A stretch of 64,000 bases of DNA from an uncultured Acidobacteriaceae bacterium (GCA_963780515.1 CAWACG010000006.1:8054-72053), one strand, 5' to 3'; shown: positions 30,402 through 40,932, counted from the first letter of the stretch. The notes: a model not told the origin generated them from the sequence alone. Numbers and translations: made by a program.

Positions 30402-32435
30402 ATGCTGCGTGGCTTGCTCAAATCCCTCTTATGCCTTGCCCTCTTCCTCCCCGCCCTCATTCCCGCCCTGGCCGTCGATGCCCCTCAAAAGCGCGCCATC
30501 TCCCTCGACGACCTCGCCCGCCTGCAGCGCGTCGGCGCCCCCGTCGTCTCGCCCGATGGCGATTGGGTCATCTACACCGTCAGCCAGGTCGACACCAAGG
30601 AAGACAAGAGCCTCACCCACCTCTGGATGGTCAAGTGGGATGGCTCCGTTCACCTCCAGCTCACTTACGGCAAAGAAGGCGCTTCCGAACCGAAGTTCAG
30701 TCCTGACGGCCGTTACATCAGCTTCATGTCATCGCGTCCCGGGCCCGCCAAGGGGGATCAGGTGTGGGTCATGGACCGCCGCGGCGGCGAAGCCGAGCAG
30801 TTTACCGCCATCACCGATCAGGACATCCATGGCTACAGCTGGTCGCCCGACTCAAAGAAGCTCCTGCTCACCCTCCATCCCAAACACGCGCCCGACGCCG
30901 AAGAAGGCAAGCCGCCCGCCCCTCCCAAGCCGATCGTGATTGACCGCTACCACTTCAAGCAGGACATTCAGGGCTACCTGCGCGACAACGACTACGACGA
31001 GCTCTATCTCTACGACATCGCTACCAAAAAGGCGGAGAAGCTGACCACCGCCAAAAATGTCAACGAGGAAGACGCCGAGTGGTCACCCGACGGCGCATGG
31101 ATCGCTTTCGTCAGCAATCAGGACCCCGATCCCGACCGCAGCGACAACTCCGACATCTTTGTCGTCGAGCCCAGGCCCGGTTCCGCCGCGCGCAAGCTCA
31201 CCACCTGGCCCGGCCCCGATGGCGGACATCTAGCCTGGTCGCCCGATTCCAAATCCATCGCCTACACCCAGGGCGCAAAACTCGAGCTGCTGGAGTACTC
31301 CCAGGCCCGCCCCGCCGTTGTCACCCTCGACGGCAAGGTCAGTTATCCTGCAGCTACGCTCGACCGCAGCGTCCGTTCACCCATCTACTCGCCCGATAGC
31401 CATCTGAGTTACCTGGTCGCCGACGACCGCAATCAATACCCCGCCGAAGTGGAGCTATCCGGCAACAACGACAAGCGCCTTCTCAATCAACAGGGCGCTG
31501 TCATGGCCTGGGATGAGGCCGCCGGTCACACCGCGGTGCTGTTCACCAACGACAGCGATCCCGCCGAGATCTACGCCCTCGAAAACGGCGCCCTGCGCAA
31601 GCTCTCCACCCACAACGACGCCCTCATGGCCGAGCTGAACCTCGTGCCCACTGAGGACATCGAGTTCAAGAGCAAAGATGGCAACGACGCGCACGGCCTC
31701 CTCACCAAGCCGGCAGACTTCAAGCCAGGCTCGCCCGTCCCCATGGTCCTCTACATCCACGGCGGACCCAACGGACAGGACGAGCACAGCTTCGACTTCC
31801 TCCGCCAGTGGCTCGCCTCCAAGGGCTACGCCGAGCTCAACGTCAACTACCGCGGCAGCTCCGGCCGCGGCCAGGCCTACGCCAAGGCCATCGCAGCCGA
31901 TTGGGGAGACCTCGAAGTCAAAGACCTGCTCGCGGGCGTCGACAAAGCCGTAGCCATGGGCGTCGCCGATCCCGATCGCCTCGCCGTCACCGGCTGGAGC
32001 TACGGCGGCATCCTCACCGACTACACCGTCGCCAGCACCGACCGCTTCAAAGCCGCAATCAGCGGAGCCGGCGTTGCCGCGCCCATGTCCTTCTACGGCG
32101 TCGACCAGTACATCCTGCAGTACGACAACGAGCTCGGCCCGCCGTGGAAGAACCTTCCCCTCTATCTCAAGATGAGCTACCCGTTTCTTGAGATCGACAA
32201 GCGCGTCCACACTCCCATGATGTTCATGGGCGGAACCTCCGACATGAACGTGCCCCTCATCGGCGGCGAGCAGATGTACCAGGCACTCAAGTCCCTCGGC
32301 CGCCCCGCGGAGTTAGTCGTCTATCCTGATCAGTTCCACGGCTTCACGCGCCCCAGTTACATCCGCGACCGCTACGAGCGCTGGCTGGCCTGGTGGGATA
32401 AGTACCTGAAACCTGCACCCGAAGCGAAGAAGTAA
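30402..32435 (+). CDS. S9-family peptidase (acylaminoacyl-peptidase type) with WD40-like propeller
   Basis: WSPD repeats, IHGGP, NYRGS, GWSYGG and QFHGF motifs; signal peptide. Confidence 0.92.
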   Translation: MLRGLLKSLLCLALFLPALIPALAVDAPQKRAISLDDLARLQRVGAPVVSPDGDWVIYTVSQVDTKEDKSLTHLWMVKWDGSVHLQLTYGKEGASEPKFSPDGRYISFMSSRPGPAKGDQVWVMDRRGGEAEQFTAITDQDIHGYSWSPDSKKLLLTLHPKHAPDAEEGKPPAPPKPIVIDRYHFKQDIQGYLRDNDYDELYLYDIATKKAEKLTTAKNVNEEDAEWSPDGAWIAFVSNQDPDPDRSDNSDIFVVEPRPGSAARKLTTWPGPDGGHLAWSPDSKSIAYTQGAKLELLEYSQARPAVVTLDGKVSYPAATLDRSVRSPIYSPDSHLSYLVADDRNQYPAEVELSGNNDKRLLNQQGAVMAWDEAAGHTAVLFTNDSDPAEIYALENGALRKLSTHNDALMAELNLVPTEDIEFKSKDGNDAHGLLTKPADFKPGSPVPMVLYIHGGPNGQDEHSFDFLRQWLASKGYAELNVNYRGSSGRGQAYAKAIAADWGDLEVKDLLAGVDKAVAMGVADPDRLAVTGWSYGGILTDYTVASTDRFKAAISGAGVAAPMSFYGVDQYILQYDNELGPPWKNLPLYLKMSYPFLEIDKRVHTPMMFMGGTSDMNVPLIGGEQMYQALKSLGRPAELVVYPDQFHGFTRPSYIRDRYERWLAWWDKYLKPAPEAKK

Positions 32436-32483
32436 CACACTTATCAGCTTCATGCGTAACCGATCCCGACGGAGTTACATGAA

Positions 32484-33023
32484 ATGAAACTGATCTTCAT
32501 CTATGGACTGCCCGCCACCGGCAAGTTGACCGTTGCCCAGCACCTCGCCGCCATGACCGGCTTCAAGGTCTTTCACAACCACCTCGTCGTCGACCTTCTG
32601 CTTTCCGTCTTCGACTTCGGCAGCCCCGAGTTCGTCCACCTGCGCGAAGAGATCTGGCTCTCCGTGTTCGAACAGGCCACCCGCAGCGGGCTGCCGGGCA
32701 TGATCTTCACCTTCGCGCCTGAACCCACCGTCCGTCCCGCCTTCATCCGTGAGTTGCAAACCCGTCTTGCCGCAGCCGGCGGAGAAGTCGAATTCATTGA
32801 GCTCACCTGTCCCATTCCGGAATTGAAGAACCGCATGGGCAATCCCTCGCGCCACAAATTCAAGAAGCTCACTTCTGTCACCTTATTTGAAGAACTACAC
32901 GCCGAAGGCAGCTTCGATGCCTCCACCATGCCCAAGCCGCGCCTCTCCATCGACACCAGCCTCGTCACCCCGGCCCGCGCCGCACTCCAGATCGCCCGCG
33001 CTTTGGACCTCAACCCCGCATAG
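32484..33023 (+). CDS. P-loop kinase (shikimate kinase-like)
   Basis: GLPATGKLT Walker A. Confidence 0.75.
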   Translation: MKLIFIYGLPATGKLTVAQHLAAMTGFKVFHNHLVVDLLLSVFDFGSPEFVHLREEIWLSVFEQATRSGLPGMIFTFAPEPTVRPAFIRELQTRLAAAGGEVEFIELTCPIPELKNRMGNPSRHKFKKLTSVTLFEELHAEGSFDASTMPKPRLSIDTSLVTPARAALQIARALDLNPA

Positions 33024-33115
33024 CAAGCCCAACCGATGCGCAAACCCTCCGCAACTCCGCACCCAAACCGTGCCTCCTCAGATCCGCGCCCACCGTGCCG
33101 CTACAATAAATCCAG

Positions 33116-34021
33116 ATGGACCTCGTCCAAATCTCGCCTCTGCGCCTCGCGCCCGTCCCCAAGCCCGAGTGGCTCAAGGCCCGCGCCCCTGTGGGCGAGA
33201 ACTACCACGACCTCAAGCGCCTCGCGCGCTCCCTCGGCCTCCACACCGTCTGCGAAAGCGCCCACTGCCCCAACATCGGCGAGTGCTGGCACCACAAAAC
33301 CGCCACCTTCATGATGCTCGGCAATCTCTGCACCCGCCGCTGCGGATTCTGCGCCGTTCCCAAAGGCCGCCCAGAGCCCATCGACTTCGACGAGCCACGC
33401 CGCGTCGCTGAAGCCGTCGCCATCCTCGGCCTGCAACACGCCGTCATCACCAGCGTCAATCGCGACGACGATCTGGTCGGCGGCGCACGCGCCTTCGCCA
33501 TGGTCATTGAAGAAATTCGCCGCCAGGCCCCCGGCTGCCGCGTTGAAGTCCTCATCCCCGACTTCCAGGGCAATCCTGAAGCCATCCGCACCGTCGTCGA
33601 TGCCCGCCCCGAAGTCCTCAACCACAACACCGAGTCGGTCCCGCGCCTCTATCGCGTCGTCCGCTCCGGCGCGCGCTACGAGCGTACCCTCGAGCTGTTG
33701 CGCTACTCCAAAGAGTTGCGGCCCGAAGGGCTCACGAAGTCAGGCGTGATGGTCGGTCTCGGCGAAGAAACGCACGAGCTGCTCGCAGTCTTCCGCGACC
33801 TCGCCGCCGTCCACTGCGACATTCTCACCATCGGCCAGTACCTGCGCCCCTCCCGCGACCACCTGCCCATGGCGCGCCTTTACACTCCGCGCGAGTTCGC
33901 CGAACTAAAAACCGAAGCTCTGCGCATGGGCTTCCGCCATGTAGAATCCGGCCCCCTCGTCCGCAGCAGCTACCACGCCCACGAGCAGGCCGCCTCCACC
34001 GGCCTGACCGTCGTCGCGTAG
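33116..34021 (+). CDS. lipA: lipoyl synthase
   Basis: [20 protein letters not shown] and RSSYHA motifs. Confidence 0.97.
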   Translation: MDLVQISPLRLAPVPKPEWLKARAPVGENYHDLKRLARSLGLHTVCESAHCPNIGECWHHKTATFMMLGNLCTRRCGFCAVPKGRPEPIDFDEPRRVAEAVAILGLQHAVITSVNRDDDLVGGARAFAMVIEEIRRQAPGCRVEVLIPDFQGNPEAIRTVVDARPEVLNHNTESVPRLYRVVRSGARYERTLELLRYSKELRPEGLTKSGVMVGLGEETHELLAVFRDLAAVHCDILTIGQYLRPSRDHLPMARLYTPREFAELKTEALRMGFRHVESGPLVRSSYHAHEQAASTGLTVVA

Positions 34022-34082
34022 GGCAAGCCTTCGATCCAATGATTCCTGTTTTGTGTCAGGAGCGGCTTCTGTCACTCTGCCC

Positions 34083-34149
34083 CGGAAGGAGCAGGGGCCT
34101 TCAGGCCCCTGAATACGCCGGCGCCTCATCCCAGGCCTTCAGGCCCGGA
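34083..34149. repeat. REP-like element (AGGGGCC-TTCA-GGCCCCT ... GGCC-TTCA-GGCC)
   Basis: Two TTCA-loop hairpins in the lipA-frr spacer. Confidence 0.6.
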
Positions 34150-34257
34150 CAGGCACTTTCGCTAGGGCCGCGCGCCAAACTCCAAAGCACATACCGCAAA
34201 TTCACTCCACCCGCCAGATTCGCTAATATATTCTTTGGAACGGGAACGAGGAGAACC

Positions 34258-34847
34258 ATGGCAGTCTCGACAATGGCCGGAATTCCGGCCCTCAAAGAAC
34301 TCTCCGCCGACCTCAAGCGGCGCATGGATCAGGCAGTTGCCACCTTCCAGGCCAGCCTGGCCTCTACACGCACCGGCCGCGCCAGCGTGCACATGCTCGA
34401 CCAGATCAAGGTGGACTACTACGGCACCCACACGCCCATCAGCCAGCTTGCGCAGGTGTCCGCCCCCGAAGCCGCAACTGATCGTCATCTCACCCTGGGA
34501 CCCCACCGTCCTCAAGGAAATTGAGAAGAGCCCTGCAGTCTTCCGATCTCGGCTTCAATCCCCAGTCCGACGGCAAAGTCATCCGCTTGCCCGTCCCGCC
34601 CATGACCGAGGAGCGCCGCCGCGAAGTCTGCAAGCACCTCAACAAGGTCCTCGAAGAACATCGCACCGCGGTCCGCAACGTCCGCCGCGACGGCAACGAC
34701 GCCCTCAAGAAACTCGCCAAAGAAAAGAAAATCAGCGAGGACGAAGAGAAGCGCGCCATGGAAGAAGTGCAGAAGATGACCGACGAGGAGATCCGCAAGA
34801 TGGAAGAAATGTCCCGCCGCAAAGAAGCCGAAGTCATGCAGGTGTGA
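34258..34847 (+). CDS. frr: ribosome recycling factor (two apparent +1 frameshifts, ~34472 and ~34529)
   Basis: RTGRAS...KVDYYG in one frame, QLIVISPWD...EIEK in a second, and [15 protein letters not shown]...MTEERR...VRNVRRD in the third. Confidence 0.9.
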
Positions 34848-34931
34848 GAAGCGAAGGAAGGTCGGCTGAGCTTGAATTGGCGTTGAACGAACAGTTGCAA
34901 CCGGGTCAACCGCAGGGCTGAAAGGCAGGCT

Positions 34932-35348
34932 ATGCGTCGAGTCTCTGCAATCCTAATAACGCTCACTCTCTGCGCCAACCTATTTGCATTAGCAGCCATC
35001 GCGCAGGAGCGAGCTAAAGGAATTTCTGTACACATGCTTCCGAAGAGGGTGGCGGATATTGGAGGAAAGCCATGGGGTTTTATGGTGGACTATTCCCCAA
35101 GATTGCAAACAGAGTCCCAACAGCCAGCCATCCAGACCGTTGAAGACCTTCTCTCATTTATCCGCAAGCAGGATAACGATGTGCAAGAGAACGGCCTTTG
35201 GATTGTAACGACCCACCCGGACGCATATTCAGAAGAAGAGAAGATGCTCTTGGAAGATGTGAAGTCCATGTGTCGCAGAGAGAACATTCCTCTCTTCATC
35301 TGTCGCGCTTCGGAATTGCCGAATGGATGGAAACGATTCGATCGGTGA
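34932..35348 (+). CDS. secreted hypothetical protein
   Basis: 138 aa with signal peptide; visibly lower GC than the flanks. Confidence 0.6.
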   Translation: MRRVSAILITLTLCANLFALAAIAQERAKGISVHMLPKRVADIGGKPWGFMVDYSPRLQTESQQPAIQTVEDLLSFIRKQDNDVQENGLWIVTTHPDAYSEEEKMLLEDVKSMCRRENIPLFICRASELPNGWKRFDR

Positions 35349-35351
35349 GGC

Positions 35352-35393
35352 GGGTGCCCCATCCTTCCGTAGCTTTATCGCGGAAGGGTGGGA
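35352..35393. repeat. REP-like palindrome, GGGTGCCCC...GGGA class
   Basis: CCCATCCTTCCG / CGGAAGGGTGGG stem. Confidence 0.7.
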
Positions 35394-35421
35394 GACTAAG
35401 CAGCCTTGCTTCTTCCTCCGC

Positions 35422-36620
35422 TTATAGAACGGTCGCGGAACCCGCTTCACCCGCATCTGCTTCGCCCACACGCCCTCGGCGCTTCACATAAATCGCGACC
35501 GCCAGAATCTCCGCTACAGCCACCACCGTCACCAGCAGCGTCGCCATCTTATTCGGCAAAGGGTAGACCCCCTGCAGATGGTGCAGGCTCGAGAGATACC
35601 CGCCGGCGAGGATTGCCGGCAGAGCCCACTTCACATGCGAAAGTTCTTGCTGCAGCAGCATCGCAATAAGCCAGAAGAAAGGCAGGAACGCAGGCGCCAT
35701 CTGCCTCTCCGCGTCGCCTCCGCCGTGATCGATTCCCCACAAATCCGTAATCACCACCAGCACGAAAAAAAGCAGGACATACTTGCGGCGCCAGAAAAAC
35801 GAAATCGTGGTTCTTGGAAAAACGAATGGCAGAAATGTGAACGGCATAAAGCTCCATATGAGCCGCCTGAACCATGCAAGTTCAGTAGAACGCATTCCCG
35901 GCGCTCTCGCCGAACTTCATCTGGTAGTAGGGAAGAATGCCTGTAACGCCCATCCGCACATCATCCGCATAGACAAGCATCCTCACCAGGATAAATACGG
36001 CGATTGCAGGCGCGATCGCGGCAATCCATTTCTTGTATTCCTGCCGGAGCGTGCCTTCTTCCCATAGGTACACAAAACTTACCGGGATCAAGATCATCAC
36101 TACTTCGCGGGTAAGAGCGCCGAGTGCAAGACACACTGCAAATCCAACCCACCGCTTCCTGAACAAGAGCATCATCGATACAACGAGGCACACCAACGCC
36201 AGGACATCGTCAATCCGAAACGCGTCCCATATGATCATGCCGAAAAAGTACCGATTGCATGCGAACAGCAGCACCGCAACGAAGGCCACCCTGCTGTGAA
36301 TGCCTTGATCCACCAAAAGGCGATAGAACAGAATCACGAGGGCCAGGCAGGCGATCGAATCCACTAGCCTGAATGCCAGCGGGTCAGGCAGCGGCAATAA
36401 ACCAACGATGTACGGTCCCAGCAGCCGGTAGGCATATGGGGCAGAGGCGTCTTTGGATAGGTGAGGCGACGCAATCGCTATCTTTCGATAGTAATGGAGA
36501 TCAAATCCCGCGTAGGCGGGAGAATTGAAGTCGATCATTCCCCTCGAAACGATGAGGAAGACGGCGGCGCAGATCAGCCAAACGTACGTCTTGAAACTTC
36601 GTCCTCTTGGCGGGAGTCAT
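35422..36620 (-). CDS. polytopic membrane protein, possibly GT-C glycosyltransferase-like (split by apparent frameshifts ~36612 and ~35890)
   Basis: ORFs 35882..36538 and 35422..35895 overlap and are both multi-TM. The upstream in-frame FKTYVWLICAAVFLIV joins the ATG at 36620 if one C is removed. PYAYRLLGP and TRE motifs. Confidence 0.5.
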
Positions 36621-36690
36621 CCGTTTGCGGCGCCGTTTCACCCGTACTCCAACGATCGCCCGAACTTCCATCGATCATCTTGCGCAATCC

Positions 36691-37845
36691 CTACTTCTTC
36701 GCCCGCTTATAAAACGGCAGCGCAACCTGCTTCGCCCGCACAGCATTCGCCCGGCACTGCACCACCACCTCAGCGCCTATCGCAGCCGCCTCCGCCGATA
36801 CCAGCGCCATCGCAATATTCGTCTTCAAAAACGGCGCCGGCGATCCCGAAGTAACAACGCCAATTTCCTTCCCCGCCAAGTCCGACACGCAGTACCCATC
36901 CCGCGCAATCCCTCGCTCCGTCATCTCCAGTCCCACAATCTTCCGCTTCGGCCCGCCCGCAGCCTGCACCGCCAGCAACGCATCGCGCCCAATGAATTCG
37001 CCCTTATCCAGCTTCAGCCAGCGCTCAAGCCCCGCCTCCAGCACGTTGATCTGGTCTGAAATCTCGTGCCCATACAGGCTCATCCCCGCCTCCAGCCGCA
37101 GCGTGTTGCGCGCCCCCAGCCCGCACGGCCGAATGCCAAACTCCGCGCCCGCCTCCAGCAGTGCCTCCCACATCTTCACCGTGGTCGCCTCGTCGCTCGG
37201 GATGTACACCTCAAACCCGTCTTCGCCCGAGTAGCCGGTCCGCGCAATCATCACGTTATGAATTCCCGCAACCTGCCCCCACGTGAACCAGTAGTTCTTG
37301 ATCGCGCTCAAATCCACTTTCGTAAGCTTCTGCAGCGTCTCCAGCGCGCGCGGCCCCTGCACCGCCAGTTGCGAGTAGTAGCTGGAGTAGTCGCTCAAAT
37401 GAATCGACGGCATCGCCCCCGCATTCTGCCGGATCCACGCGTAATCCTTATCCTTCGTCCCCGCATTCACTACCAGCAGATAATCGTTCTCGCTGAGCCG
37501 ATGTACCAGAATGTCATCCACAAACGTTCCCTCCGGCGTCAGCAGCGCGGAGTAGTGCGCCTGCCCGTCCTTCAACCGCGAAGCGTCATTCATCGTGATG
37601 TGCTGCACCGCCGCCAGCGCGCCCGGCCCGCGAAACTGAATCTCGCCCATGTGGCTTACGTCAAACAGCCCCACGCCAGTCCGCACCGCCACGTGCTCCG
37701 CAATCAAGCCTCCACCTGGGCCTGGATACTCCACCGGCATGTCCCATCCGCCAAAGTCCACCATCTTGGCCTTCAGCGCGCGATGCGTGGCATTCAGCGC
37801 AGTCTTCTTCAATGCGGGTGCAACTGGTGCGGCGGGAGTGGCCAT
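36691..37845 (-). CDS. gcvT: glycine cleavage system aminomethyltransferase
   Basis: FGGWDMPVEY, LFDVSHMG, RTGYSGEDGFE and GLGARNTLRLEAG motifs. Confidence 0.96.
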   Translation of the reverse strand: MATPAAPVAPALKKTALNATHRALKAKMVDFGGWDMPVEYPGPGGGLIAEHVAVRTGVGLFDVSHMGEIQFRGPGALAAVQHITMNDASRLKDGQAHYSALLTPEGTFVDDILVHRLSENDYLLVVNAGTKDKDYAWIRQNAGAMPSIHLSDYSSYYSQLAVQGPRALETLQKLTKVDLSAIKNYWFTWGQVAGIHNVMIARTGYSGEDGFEVYIPSDEATTVKMWEALLEAGAEFGIRPCGLGARNTLRLEAGMSLYGHEISDQINVLEAGLERWLKLDKGEFIGRDALLAVQAAGGPKRKIVGLEMTERGIARDGYCVSDLAGKEIGVVTSGSPAPFLKTNIAMALVSAEAAAIGAEVVVQCRANAVRAKQVALPFYKRAKK

Positions 37846-37885
37846 AGAGAGAATCCTTTCAGGCAGTGCTGCGTTACTCTGCGAC

Positions 37886-37994
37886 AGCAGAATCAGGGTA
37901 GATCTACCCAGGTCAACATCCGTAAAGTGGCTCTTCCTTAAGTAAAAGCCACCTTGCACGATCGTTTAGGTGGCACTGTTACCCTGATTCTGCT
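37886..37994. mobile_element. possible MITE with perfect 15 bp terminal inverted repeats
   Basis: AGCAGAATCAGGGTA (37886-37900) and TACCCTGATTCTGCT (37980-37994). Confidence 0.4.
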
Positions 37995-38057
37995 TTAACC
38001 ATAGGGATTGGGCCGCGCCGGGGTCAAACTAGCGCGCCCCGTTCAGAGAAGGCACAT

Positions 38058-38666
38058 TTGATTACGCGCAAGGCGATTCCGTGGTCCATGGTGGCCTTCC
38101 GGGTCCTCCTCGGGCCCGCCATTGCCTTCGCCGCGCTTCGCCTGCCCGCTCCCCAGCCCTGGCTCGGCGCCATGATCGCAGCCGGATTCCTCTCCGATGT
38201 CTACGATGGCATCCTCGCCCGCCGCTGGGGAACGGAAACCGCAGCCCTCCGCGTAGCCGACTCCGCCGCCGACACCGTCTTCTATCTCGGCGTGCTTTCT
38301 GCTGTCATTGCTCGCCACTGGCCCGTTCTCCGCGATCGTCTCACTCTGCTCATCGTGCTCCTGGCCCTCGAAGCTGCGCGCTACCTCTTTGACTGGATCA
38401 AATTCCGCCGCATAGCCAGCTACCACTCCTACGCTTCCAAGGCCTGGGGCGCGCTCATGGCCGCTGCCACCATCGCCCTGCTCTGCTTTGACCGCGCGTT
38501 CTGGATGGTCACCCTTGCACTCGTCGCCGGGATTCTCTGCGATCTCGAAGGCCTGGCCATGTCTGCTCTTCTTCCGCAATGGACCTACAATGTAAAAACC
38601 CTGCGCCGCGCCCTCGCACTGCGCCGCCGGATGCAAGCCGAACCTCGGAAAGCAGTCACGCCTTGA
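38058..38666 (+). CDS. CDP-alcohol phosphatidyltransferase family protein
   Basis: SDVYDGILARRWG...DSAAD signature. Start uncertain. Confidence 0.85.
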   Translation: MITRKAIPWSMVAFRVLLGPAIAFAALRLPAPQPWLGAMIAAGFLSDVYDGILARRWGTETAALRVADSAADTVFYLGVLSAVIARHWPVLRDRLTLLIVLLALEAARYLFDWIKFRRIASYHSYASKAWGALMAAATIALLCFDRAFWMVTLALVAGILCDLEGLAMSALLPQWTYNVKTLRRALALRRRMQAEPRKAVTP

Positions 38667-38695
38667 AACTCACAATCCAAAGTGAACGCAGCCCC

Positions 38696-38866
38696 ATGAA
38701 CCATTTCCGCGGATACCTTATGCTTCTCGCCGCGGGCTTCGCCTTCTATCGCGGCTGGAAGATCCACCACGGCCACTACGCGCTCATCGCCTATGGTTTG
38801 GGAGTGCTCGCCCTCGCGCTCGGCATCTGGCACCTCACCCGCAAGCCACCCCAGCCGCGAGCATGA
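38696..38866 (+). CDS. small 2-TM hypothetical protein (56 aa)
   Basis: MNHFRGYLMLLAAGFAFYRGW...; GC-rich third positions; fills the gap between same-strand genes. Confidence 0.6.
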   Translation: MNHFRGYLMLLAAGFAFYRGWKIHHGHYALIAYGLGVLALALGIWHLTRKPPQPRA

Positions 38867-38917
38867 GCGCATAGTCGCGCACCAAAGAAAGTTCACTCCA
38901 GGAGGAATCCGCGCGTC

Positions 38918-39546
38918 ATGCCCACTCTGTACAACCGCATCCAGGGCCGCAACGTCGAACGCCTCGCCGCGCTCAGCGACGGCATCTTTGCCGTGGCCAT
39001 GACCCTGCTCGTGCTCGACCTGCACATCCCCACCGCCGCCCAGGTCCACAGCGAGCGCGAACTCTTCACGGCCCTCGCCGCGCTGGGTCCGCAGTGGATC
39101 GCCTACCTCATGAGCTTTCTCACCCTCGGCATCTTCTGGGCCGGCCAGCAAACCCAACTCAACCACATCGGCGAAGGCTCGCGCGACCTCACCTGGATTC
39201 ACCTCGGCTTTCTCTTCACCATCACCCTCATGCCGCTCTCCACGCGCCTGCTGGCGGAGTTCATCACCTACCGCGCGGCCCTCGGCATCTACTGGCTCAA
39301 CATCTTCGCCGCCGGCGCCATGCTTTATTGGAGCTGGGCCCACGCCACCCGCGCCAACCTCATCAAGCCCGACACGCCTGACCTGAGATTCGCGACAGCA
39401 TCTGCCGTCGAATCCGCATCGCGCAGTCGCTCTACGCCGCCGGCGCGGCCCTCTGCTTCATCAACACCTATGTCAGCATCACCGTCATCGTGCTCGTGCA
39501 GTTGAATTATGCCATCGCGCCAAGGAAGTGGTGGAAGAAGGGATAA
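38918..39546 (+). CDS. TMEM175-family potassium channel (apparent frameshift ~39382)
   Basis: ERLAALSDGIFAVAMTLL and YLMSFLTLGIFW motifs. The shifted frame continues EIRDSICRRIRIAQSLY...LNYAIAP to TAA at 39546. AGGAGG SD. Confidence 0.85.
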
Positions 39547-39567
39547 CTAGAGCGTGATTCAGCAACG

Positions 39568-39830
39568 CGCCTTGTATCAGGGGACGACTTCATAGCTTGC
39601 GGAAGAGCTCGGTCCAGCCGAGATTCGAAATGGTTTCGTAGCAGGATGCAATCTCACAGCTTGTTGAAGAACTACGCCAGCTAAGATTCGAATAGGCCTT
39701 GTAACAGAGCACGACTTCACAGCTTGTTGAAGAACTAAGCCAGCTGAGATTCGAAGAGGTTTTGTATCAGGGCACGACTTCAGTCGTGCCGAAAAGCGCC
39801 GGAAAAGCAGGGGGTTTTAAAACCCTGAGG
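39568..39830. repeat. tandem 63-64 bp units ending in a complete GGCACGAC-TTCA-GTCGTGCC REP palindrome
   Basis: Units start at 39568, 39632, 39695 and 39758. Confidence 0.85.
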
Positions 39831-39908
39831 GGCTCGAGGCCGCCTTCAGCAACCATTGATAAACGTAAGTCACCGACTCAGACGTAACGGCAATGATACG
39901 CTGGCCGC

Positions 39909-40487
39909 ATGGAATTCACTTACAAGCTCACTGAACCCGAATATCTCTTCGCGAGCAAAATCGCAACAAAAGGGCTTACGCAGCCATGGGCTCGTTTAGT
40001 CCGGTACGCGTACCTGTCAGTAATCTTTCTTATCGTCTGGGGATCCGTTCTAGTCGGCATGCTCTTGGAGCAGCAGGACCTGGTTGGCATAACAGCCGGG
40101 GAGATTCAATTTATGCATAAAGCTCAGGCTGTGATCCCCGCATCTTTCGTGCCTGCCATCGGGTGTTATTGTCTGGTGCTCATTCTGCTTCGCTTCCGTT
40201 TTCTCCGATGGTTCGACCGTAAACGCCGCCTCGAGCATTTTCGCACCGATCCAGGCTGTCAAGCTGAGACCACTGTAACCGTCACCCCGCAGTCGATCGC
40301 CTTCCGCTCGGCAACCGGGTCGTCCGAGTCTATCTGGGCGTGCTACTCAACCTGGGCCGAGCGCAACGGTATTCTGCTCCTGGTCACACACGCAGGCGTG
40401 CGCAAAATTCTGAAAGTTGCCGGCCTCTCCGACCCCCAACGCGACGAACTCCGCGCCATCCTCACCACAGCCCTTCCCAAAAAATAA
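39909..40487 (+). CDS. YcxB-like membrane protein
   Basis: Two TM helices followed by a beta-rich domain with SESIW. Confidence 0.65.
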   Translation: MEFTYKLTEPEYLFASKIATKGLTQPWARLVRYAYLSVIFLIVWGSVLVGMLLEQQDLVGITAGEIQFMHKAQAVIPASFVPAIGCYCLVLILLRFRFLRWFDRKRRLEHFRTDPGCQAETTVTVTPQSIAFRSATGSSESIWACYSTWAERNGILLLVTHAGVRKILKVAGLSDPQRDELRAILTTALPKK

Positions 40488-40491
40488 CGCC

Positions 40492-40932
40492 TCACTTCTT
40501 CGAAGCCCGCCAAAACGAGCTCACGCCCAGGTAAAGAAAAACCAGCGTAAGACCCGTGTAGACAAGAAACTTCAAGTGGTCCGGCCCATGCAGTGCACTC
40601 GCGCGCGCAGGCCACATCCCCCGCCACACAAAAACCGGCACAAAGATCAGAAAAAACAAGCCGGTCACTTCCAGCCATAAAATCCCGCCCACGCGGCCAA
40701 ATGGCCGCAGAAATCCGGCCACACCGCGCATCACGCCGCCGCCTGTCCTCACCGCGGCCTGTCCCGCCGTTCGCGCGCGAACCCCTCCATCCACAGCCGT
40801 TTGACCCGCAGGCGCATTCGTCGCCGGCGCATTTGGCGCTGTCCCCGTGCTCCCGCTCATGCGCTCGCCCGCCACGCGCCCCGCAACCCGCAGCCCGATG
40901 CCCAGCGCCCGTCCAATGTTTTCCGGTTTCAT
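40492..40932 (-). CDS. hypothetical membrane protein
   Basis: MKPENIGRALGIGLRVAGR...LWLEVTGLFF...SSFWRA; two C-terminal TM helices. Confidence 0.7.
   Translation of the reverse strand: MKPENIGRALGIGLRVAGRVAGERMSGSTGTAPNAPATNAPAGQTAVDGGVRARTAGQAAVRTGGGVMRGVAGFLRPFGRVGGILWLEVTGLFFLIFVPVFVWRGMWPARASALHGPDHLKFLVYTGLTLVFLYLGVSSFWRASKK

Noticed and set aside
34258-34847. frr pseudogene or programmed frameshift
   Set aside because: The gene is normally essential, there is no slippery site, and similar indels occur across the window, so assembly error is more likely.
37846-38050. Glycine riboswitch upstream of gcvT
   Set aside because: No GGAGA...CCGAAG...CTCTCAGG aptamer pattern on the minus strand.
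39568-39791. CRISPR array
   Set aside because: Whole 63 bp units are homologous, with no unique spacers, and there are no cas genes in the window.
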